The notes beneath the pieces are model-generated. The model had not been told where the DNA came from and ran no database searches. It saw nothing but the letters and a program-made list of their open reading frames with translations. A stretch of DNA of 64,000 bases, from assembly GCA_000442015.1 (NCBI GenBank), contig KE561300.1, positions 62,001 to 126,000 on the forward strand, read 5' to 3'. The DNA is from Rozella allomycis CSF55 (Eukaryota). Position numbers and translations under genes: made by a program. This document shows, piece by piece, positions 55,444 through 64,000 of this stretch (positions within the stretch are counted from its first letter, which is position 1; each line of letters opens with the position of its first letter).

Positions 55444-55599
55444 GGCTGAGGTGGCTTATACCAAAAATTGAAACTAAGATTTAGAAGAATTACCAAAAAT
55501 GTGACACTTTTAAGAAGATTTATTACTTTCTTGTCCTTCTGATGTTATTTCATGTAGTTTTGATTTCAACTTTGATAGAATGACTTTGATTTGATCTTC
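55332..55599 (+). repeat. Direct duplicate of 56298-56563 (kinase 5' end + promoter + MSH4 3' end)
   Basis: Aligned by eye; near-identical, e.g. GGACTTTTTCATGGCTGAGGTGGCTTATACCAAAAA. Confidence 0.95.
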
Positions 55600-55771
55600 A
55601 AGTAAATGGACCACACGCACTAGCGCGGAAAAGCTGGAAGAACATGGAACTATTGGGAGCTCATTTGAAACTCCCTGAAAAACTTTAATAGCCTCTATTA
55701 ATCTACCAGTTTTGCTTCAGCCGCTAATTGCCACGATCTATCAAATAAATTATACATTCATACTTGGCCGG
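55600..55771 (-). pseudogene. Duplicated fragment of the POLA2 gene (~59963-60135) including an intron
   Basis: Shared AGTAAATGGACCACACGCA..GCTCATTTGAAACTCCCTGAAAAACT..CATTCATACTTGGCCGG. Confidence 0.93.
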
Positions 55772-55803
55772 TTTTCCCCGGCCACGGGCCAAGTATGAAT
55801 GTA
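55753..55803. repeat. 17-bp perfect inverted repeat (fold-back) at duplication junction
   Basis: TACATTCATACTTGGCC (55753-55769) / GGCCAAGTATGAATGTA (55787-55803). Confidence 0.92.
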
Positions 55804-56229
55804 GTCAGCTCAAATATTCGCGAAGTTTTCACTTCGGTTGCCTCTTGCCATGCGCGATTATTTTACGTTTAATATAATAAAAATAAAATAATATCAATTA
55901 TGAATTTGTCTTATTTATTTAGTGAATGATGGTTCTGTCCCGGTTTTCTCATTATCATTATTCACTCATTAGTCATTTAGTCATTATGATGAATTCTCAA
56001 GTAGTTGTTCTTATAAGATCAATTTCAAGTCCGATTAAGGAAGAATTGATACATTATTCATGGAATAAAAAAAGGGTAATTACTAAGTTTAGAAGAAGCA
56101 TTTCGGGTCAGCCGGTCAATATATAGAATGACTATTCATATTACAAAAACTATTATATTTTGTTTTTTTTAATTTTATTAGAATAACTCCCCGTCCAGTT
56201 AACGAGCATTGCGAGACTTGTCTATGGGT

Positions 56230-56409
56230 TTAAGACTTAAGTTCTATTCCGCTAAGATCAATAATCGGTTCAGTCGTTTCATCAGTGTATAAGTCAATTA
56301 CGGTTGTTTCGTCAGCGTATAAGAGGCTATTCGAGATGATTAAATATAGAACTGAAATTCCCAAGGTAATACTTATGAAAGCTAGAACAAAAATGGTGGA
56401 CTTTTTCAT
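56230..56409 (-). CDS. 59-aa single-TM microprotein or truncated paralogue of the kinase at 54226-55443
   Basis: MKKSTIFVLAFISITLGISVLYLIISNSLLYADETTVIDLYTDETTEPIIDLSGIELKS*; below the ORF-track cut-off. Confidence 0.55.
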   Translation of the reverse strand: MKKSTIFVLAFISITLGISVLYLIISNSLLYADETTVIDLYTDETTEPIIDLSGIELKS

Positions 56410-56476
56410 GGCTGAGGTGGCTTATACCAAAAAATTATTTCGAAGAATTGGTAGAATTACCAAAAATGTGACACTT

Positions 56477-59054
56477 TTAAGAAGATTTATTACTTTCTTG
56501 TCCTTCTGATATTTCATGTAGTTTTGATTTCAACTTTGATAGAATGACTTTGATTTGATCTTCCTCTAAATTGGAGTGAACTAAATTTAGCGAGCTGCTA
56601 CAAATCTTTCAGAGTGAAATGGTGAAATTACTTTGAAAATTCTATTCATTTTGATACTTGGTCTGATTCATTTTCAGATTGTATTCTATTTAGCTAGATG
56701 ATTGAAGGGGTATTGAGTTACGATGTTTAAAACTTTATTTGAATAATTTATTAATGGGATTGGGAGATTACAATTTCTAGCCAAGACTAGGCCATAATCT
56801 TTGAGTTCATTTAAACCCATTTGCATTTCATAGTAGAATTTGAAAGAATTGTTTTCAGTGAGTTGAGATTTTAGATGAAAAGAATTGACGTTTGGATAAA
56901 GAGAAAGGGACTCTGCAACTTGTAAGAAATGAGTGACGAAAAAAGAGAAACACTTTTTGAAAAGAAGAGATTAAAATTACTCTTTTTTTAATTAAATGAT
57001 TACAGATTGAAAAGGCGATTGCGGTTCCATCTCTTAAGCTTGTTCCTCTGCCCAATTCATCCATAATGATTAAAGAGTTTTCAGAGAGATTTTCAAGGAT
57101 GAAACTAGTTTCAGTCATTTCCATCATAAAAGTTGAAGTGTTTGATTTAGAATTGTCATCGTTGCATAATCTTGTGAATATTTTATCCATAATTTTAAAG
57201 TGGGCAGATTTGCAAGGGACAAAAGAACCAATCTGAGAAAGAATTTGTAACAAGGCAATTTGACGAATGTAAGTAGATTTGCCGCTCATGTTTGGGCCAG
57301 TTATAATATGAAAATTTAAATTGTCATTTGCATAAACTTGATTTGGAATGAATAAGGGGTTTGAATAAGATTTAAGAGGATGTTTACAATCTTTTAAAGC
57401 TAAAATATTACAAAAGTTTGGTCTAACACAATCATTTGAAATTGCATAATTCGCTAAAGATTGAAGAGTATCAATTATTGCTATAGATTCACTTACTAGA
57501 TACAAATCTTCAATGTATTTATAAACTTGTTCAAATACTTGAGATATTATTTGATTAGAAATTAAATAAATTTCATTTAAACTTTCATTAATTCTTTCAT
57601 TTAGTTTAATTAATTCAATTGTTGTACAAATAAATTCCTTTTTCTTTTTCTGAAAATTCAGAAATAGATCTGGAATATTTTCTTTTTCGTATCTTAAAGG
57701 AACAGAAATTTGATAACAATTAAAAGAAAAGTTTATTTTCAATTCAATTCCAAATTCTTCTGAATATTTCTTTATCAAATTATAAACATCATCTGTTATT
57801 TCTTTATACGCAATTCTAGCTACATCCAACAATCCATTATTCCCTGCTTTTATTGCATAAACTCTTTGATTTCTTGCATTAATCCCTCCCCTTTCAAATC
57901 TCACTTCTTCATTAACAATCCCATTTATTATTTCATACAAATCTTTCAAATTATCTGTTTTCAAATTATTCAAAATATTTTCTAAATCTATATTTAGATT
58001 ACACCCCTGCAATAGATGTGATAGATTGAAAATTTGAACAAGAAAAGATTTCAACATTAACAAATTATTAATATTTCTTTCAGCTTGCTTAACTGAATTT
58101 CTTTTATCCTTTTTAATAAACGCCCCTATTAGTTTGTCAATATCAATCATTCCATTCAACGCTTCATTCACAAAATTAAACTGTTCCTTTGTTTATTTCA
58201 TTCATTCTCTACTTGATTCATCAATAAATCCTCCAAACAATTCAATCTTCCATTGATCCACATAGGATCTTTACTCGGCTGCAGAATCATCATTCTCAAC
58301 AATCTTCCTAAACATTCTCATTCATATTTGTTTATTACTTCCCATCCCAGTATAGCACTTATTCAACATTGAATACAAACTAATCCCATTCTTACTATCC
58401 AACGACTTGACCAACTCCAAATCTCTACTCACATTATAATCCAACATCATCACATCTTCACACACTCTATACTGAAACCTTATCGTATGGCTTGCGAAAA
58501 AAACTTCATTATGCTCTTCCAACGTTCTACCTAAAGCAATGTCCTCCACATTACTTGAACAACGCCGACAATGCAGACAAGCAATAATACTTGCTTTCCA
58601 AATTCATCGTATTCCCCTTCATCTTTATCCCATACTGTCTCACATACTGCAACCCTTCATTATAGAAAATCAAATAACATTACCTGACATGTCATTGTAA
58701 AACTTTCTTGGGACAAACAATGGCGCCGATCCTGTATTCTCTTTAATAAACATGTCAATCTTATTATTATCAGATGTATCAGGTATCAATGTCTACGATT
58801 TCCTTCACTGATCCACCTCACCTGGTTCGACGTGTAGATATTCAACTGCTGCATAGTGCGCACATACAACGGAGTATCAGGATACTTTAACATTCAACTC
58901 ATCTTATTACCTGCAACATGTAGCAATCACATGTACTAGGGTCAAATGCGACCATACCTACCTCTGTAGCTACTCCCCTAGACTCGCAAACACTCGTTAT
59001 AAACCGGCGCTCTAAATTAGTAGTGACGGGCGTAGGCGCACATAGACTGGTCAT
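56477..59054 (-). CDS. MSH4: Meiotic MutS homologue 4
   Basis: ESRGVATEVGM; ITGPNMSGKSTYIRQIA; TSTFMMEMTE; MDELGRGTS; no mismatch-binding domain I. Confidence 0.9.
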
Positions 59055-59158
59055 GACCAGTGGATGGTTGACCCTGGCTAAAACTTTGAAATTTAACAAG
59101 CAATTTCAGAAAAATATGTAAGACATTTAAAAAATCTTTTATTTAAGTTGTTATATGA

Positions 59159-60924
59159 TTATAATTTTAGTATTTCTGCCTTTACTCTTTGACAAAATTC
59201 TTCTTCACCAGGTTTTACTGAAAACCTCGCAAAAGTACCTCCAACTTGACTCTTACAAAGAGGACCAGGATTTATAAATACCGTGGTTCCAATAATCTAT
59301 AATTCATTTAAACATTATGTACCTTGACAAATGCTTTTAATTGTGACTTTAGAATTACAATATGCGGAGTTTCAGGTAACGTCAACTCGTTAAATTTTGT
59401 AACTTCGAAATCAATGTCTTCAGTGGGATACATTGGATAGAGTCTTCTTAGTATTTTATTGAATCCTTACGATCTTTGCTGCACAAGAGAGTGACATAGA
59501 GCCTCAATATTATTCTTAATCCCCTTTCTAAAACAATTCTTGTTCAAATGAAACAAGGAATCAGCAGAACACAAGGCAATGTTCACTGACTCAACTTGAA
59601 TCATCGATGGGTTCGAAACTGTATCAAATTTCTTTTGGAATCGCAAATAACTGTTTACGTCAGTTGAAAAAGGTGGCTGAGGAAATATAGGATTATTCAC
59701 GGCATCTAGAGTAGATGGAACCAAGATAATCTTCATGTCTAAATTTAATGATTGTATTTCATTCAAAATGTTTTCAAAATTTTCATTTAGTGACCCTTGA
59801 AATCTTCCAGAGAAAATTGAGGGATGCTCGATATTCACAAAGGGTCCCATCTAAAGGTATAAATATATTTAATCAAGTTTACTAGAATGCAAAAATGAAC
59901 AGGATGTTGTTTGACGCTACTAAGAACAGAATAAAGCCATTCAAAATGAAGGTCCTTGTCAAAAGTAAATGGACCACACGCAACCAGGGCTGAAAAACTG
60001 GATGAAAAAGGAACCATTGGAAGCTCATTTGAAACTCCCTGAAAAACTGTAATAGCCTCTATTAATCTACCAGTTTTGTTGTAGCCGCTAATTGCCACGA
60101 TCTATCAACTAAATTAAACATTCATACTTGGCCGGGGAAAAGCATCATGCTTTCTTTTATATTTTTGATATCAATTTGAACACGCATTCCTCCAAACTCT
60201 CGACTGGTTTCAAGGAAAAGCGTCTTCTCATTAAGTTTCGAATCAAAGTCTGAACATAGCATTCCAACCACTGTTATTTCATCATCGCTAACAATATTTA
60301 ATTCACTATATTCAGAAATTTGATTTTTCTCTTTAATTAATCTTGCAATTTCATTAATTCTATCATTGATCGCTTATTCATAAAACTAGAATTATTTACC
60401 ATCGGCTACATCATCTTCCTTCATAGACATGAATCTATAATTTGGAATGTTTTGAATTTTTTTAATTTCAACGTATTTTTTTTCAAATATACAATCAGCG
60501 TTTAGATTCAGAGCATCCTCAGATTTGGTTCTAAAATTATCTTGTGAGATTCTTACGTGACATCTTTCGTTTGTATAGTTTTTGCCTGTGTTTCTAGATT
60601 CTTAACTTTTTCAGCCAGTGTCTTTCTGTTCAATAAGCCAGCCTTTGCAGGTGTGGTTTTGGTTGCAGCATGCTTCTCCTTGATCAGCTGTTCTCTAAAT
60701 TGCTTTAAAAGATCTTCTGAAAAGATTGTTGCATTGACCTTTATAGAAAACGCATCCAACTTGTTGATAAAATCGTCATCGGTTAAACCAAAAAATTCTA
60801 TCGCAGATTGACCTGAGCTTGATCCAAATTTAAATATATTACAGAGAGAAGGAAGAGTCGATTCATCTTCAACTTTTAAGTGTACCTCGTTGCGTATTCT
60901 CTCCAAAAGATTACTCACAGTCAT
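59159..60924 (-). CDS. POL12: DNA polymerase alpha subunit B (Pol12/POLA2)
   Basis: FPGQIVAISGYNKTG; VACGPFT; MGPFVNIEHP; ILVPSTLD..FPQPP; QRSLYP. Confidence 0.88.
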
Positions 60925-60957
60925 TTATGAATTTTTCAATTTAAAAATTAGGTAAAC

Positions 60958-62073
60958 ATGACAAAAGATTACTATGAAATTTTACAGATTAATAGAAATG
61001 CATCATTGGAAGATGTCCAAAGATCTTTCAGAGAATTATCTCTAAAGTTCCATCCTGATAAATCTAAGCGATCTGACAATGTTGACAAATTCAAAGATGT
61101 TGCAGAAGCGTATGATGTATTGTCAGATTGTAAAAACAATCATTAGTTTTGATAGCAAAAACTCGAGCTGTGTTTGACCAGTATGGGGAAGAAGGCTTAA
61201 AGAATGGTATTCCATCCCATCCAGGTAAATAAATTACCAATATTTAAATAGGATTTGATGGATATAAGGGTGGTTACGAATTGCACGGATCACCAGAAGA
61301 AGTGTTTCAAAAGTTTTTTGGGTGCAAAAATCCATTTCAAGGTTTTAACTGTTAATATTTATAAAAAAGACTTTTTTGAAGAAGGGCCAAAGTTTGCTTC
61401 GGGATTTGGAGGATTGCATGGAATGAACCAATCAATAGAGCCGCCTATTTAGCAAAATCCGGTGCAGCAACCTTTAGAGTTGACACTGGAAGAACTATAT
61501 CACGGGGCGACAAAGAAAATTAAGATTCAGAAGAAAGTAGAATAAGAAGTTATACCTATTTAGGTTCTTGATAAGAATACTGGACTCGCAGGGCAAATAG
61601 AGAAAATCCTGACCATAAATGTTAAGAAGGGATGGAAGACTGGAACTAAGGTTGTTTTCCCAAAAGAGGGTGACCAAGATAGAAACATTATCCCGGGTAC
61701 TTGGTTAAGGTTTGGGTTATTTAGCTGATCTTGTCTTTGTGGTGGCAGAAAAGCCGCATGCGCTATTCACCAGACAAGGAAACAATCTGCGTTTTAAAGC
61801 AAAGGTATCTCTTCATGATGCTTTAATTGGAACAGTTCTTGAAATCGAGACTCTTGATAACAGACATTTACACATTCCTGTCATTGGAATAGTAGAGTAT
61901 GCATTATATAAGCATTTTAAAGTTCAAAGAGTGAAAAAATAGTTAAAGGTGAAGGCATGCCGATTTCGAACAAGGAAAATGAAAAAGGAGATCTCATTAT
62001 AAACTTTGAAATTGAATTCCCAAAGTATTTGAATGATGAACAAAAACAATACATTCATAAAGCGCTTAAATAA
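60958..62073 (+). CDS. Type II Hsp40, DNAJB13/RSP16-like
   Basis: J domain with [49 protein letters not shown]. Confidence 0.8.
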
Positions 62074-62177
62074 AATTTACCACTTCGAATTTTAGTAATA
62101 TTGTAATTTTCATCAGATCTAATGCCATTTTTAGATCGACATTATTTTAGCTTCGTACCCCTGCAGTTTCATTTGAA

Positions 62178-64000
62178 ATGGCTACGACCGTACCTACGGG
62201 AGCTTTATCGTCCTTGACTTTGTCTGACCTTCCAAAACGCCCTGATTATGGAAAGGTGGGTAAAAAGATACGTTTGAGAGCAAATATGCTAAAGGTAGTA
62301 ATTTGTAAATAAGGCATAATAGATCCCTTCTTTTACCAATGGTACTATTTATCACTATGACGTGAACTTTGTTGGAGTTAGAAGTGGTGAAAGGTAAACT
62401 TTTAGGTGGTCATCGACGGTAGGCGTATTTTTACTGAATTTCTTGCCCAATTTAAAGAGATTCATTTAAAGGGGATTAGTGTAGCGTTTGACGGAAAGAA
62501 AAATTTATATACTTCTGCTAAAATTAATCGAATTTCTGGTAGACAGCCTTTGGTTGTTGAGTTTACAATTCAGGATGGCGCTAGGAAAAAAGATTTTAAG
62601 ATTGAGATAAAACATGCAGCTGATGTAAACATGGCTGTACTCCATCAATTTTTTGAGAAGAGAATTGGAATGGTTCCCCAAGAATGCATTCAAGCATTGG
62701 ACGTTATCATTAAACAAGGTCCATCAGTTAGTGGAAGATACACTTTGATAGGTTCATCAATGTACATGAGAGAGAATCCAGCTTCGTTAGGTAGTTGCAT
62801 CGAAGTGTGGCCAGGGATATTTTTATCTGTGAGAGCAACACAAAGTGGACTTGTTTTGAATGCTGATACTGCAAACAATGCTTTTCTTGAGCCGTTGATG
62901 ATATTAGATTGTGCTGCTAAAGTTGTTGGAGCAAGAAGTGCGTCTGATTTGAATTGCAAGTGGCATCCTGATGATATTAAAGAACTTGAGCGAAAATGGA
63001 GAGGAACACAAGTTCAAGTGACTCATTCCAATATTCCAAGAAAATACAAAATATTCGGGATAAAAAATATGTCTGTTAGAGAAATCAAGTAATTCTGTGT
63101 ACTTGTAAAAATATAGATTTAAGATGGAAGATGGAACGAATGTGTCTGTCTATGATTATTTTCAAAATCATTATAATAAGAAATTGGAATTTGATAAATG
63201 TCCTTGTTTAGCTGTTGGGCCTGAAGGCAAAACATTTCTTCCAATGGAAGTTTGTAAAATTGTGCAAGGGCAGCAGTAACAATACCTACAATTATCTTGT
63301 TTAGATATCGCAAAAAGTTAAATGAAGAACAAACGACGAATATGCTTGCTTTTGCTACTTTGAAACCAGAGGCTAGATTTAATCGCATTAGGACCAACAT
63401 GGCGCCAATGGTTGCAAACATGTCTGAAAATCTGAAAGGATTTGGAATAAATCTGTCTAATCAATTCTTGGAATGCGAAGGCAGAGTTTTAGATCCACCT
63501 GTTGTTCATTTTGGTGCAAATTCAACTTCAAGACCATCAGGAGGTGTTTGGAACATGAAAGACAAAAAATTGAATAGCACTGGAGCAGTTGAAAGTTGGG
63601 CTGTCGTTTCGTTTGATAATCGCTCTCGTCCAGATAAAATTTATGAATGGTTGGATGAATTTGGCAAAGTTGCTAGAAGTATGGGAATGGATGTTAAGTC
63701 AAGCAAGCCTCCTGTTCTCTCTGGTCGTCCAAATGAAGTTAAGAATGTCTTAAGAAAAGCCATTGATGATGCTGAGAGAATGTTCAAGAAGCCTTGTCAA
63801 TTTCTTCTTTGCATAATGCCACCCAGTGGTGTTTATGAAGATGTCAAAAAAATTATGGACTGTGAATTTGGTAAAGTGTCTCAATGCATGAAAGGAAAAC
63901 ATATTGGTAGACCAAATGGTTCTTACATGGCCAATCTTTTGCTCAAAATCAATTCTAAAATGGGCGGGGTAAATTTCCACTTGGACAAGGGTGTACCTTT
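62178..64000 (+). CDS. Argonaute (runs off window end)
   Basis: RPDYGKVGKKIRLRAN; AFDGKKNLY; QALDVII; FLPMEVCKIVQGQ; GRVLDPP; YEDVKK..SQCM; LLKINSKMGGVN. Confidence 0.95.

Noticed and set aside
55753-55810. Helitron 3' hairpin
   Set aside because: The arms and loop derive from POLA2 sequence itself, and there is no Rep/helicase or clear CTRR terminus
55920-56060. C/D snoRNA (ATGATGA at ~55986)
   Set aside because: No convincing CTGA D box, terminal stem or recognisable guide

Overview
Gene-dense, AT-rich eukaryotic DNA, not prokaryotic. It holds about 45 protein genes split by very short (mostly ~25-40 nt) GT-AG introns, with intergenic gaps often under 100 bp. Fungal-type housekeeping genes (GT15 mannosyltransferase, Vcx1, I9 protease inhibitor, Rho1, V-ATPase B) occur with flagellar/centriolar genes (epsilon-tubulin, CFAP100, AK8-like, PPIL6-like, DNAJB13-like), MSH4, Argonaute and methylmalonyl-CoA epimerase. 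This points to a zoosporic early-diverging fungus or relative; my inference is Rozella/Cryptomycota-like, unverified. Best second-look items: (1) a U12-type intron with AT-AA termini in RAD2/XPG; (2) an H/ACA snoRNA candidate not in the ORF track, with plausible LSU rRNA targets; (3) a MULE-transposase-like fragment inside Nup82/88 next to an assembly N; (4) a cluster of secretory-pathway orphans (receptor-like kinase, signal peptide+F-box+LRR protein, signal-anchored kinase); (5) next to that cluster, a POLA2-MSH4-kinase tandem duplication with reciprocal gene loss and a fold-back junction; (6) extreme head-to-head and tail-to-tail gene packing. All gene calls come from motif recognition in my own translations, with no database search. 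Boundaries of multi-exon genes are approximate.
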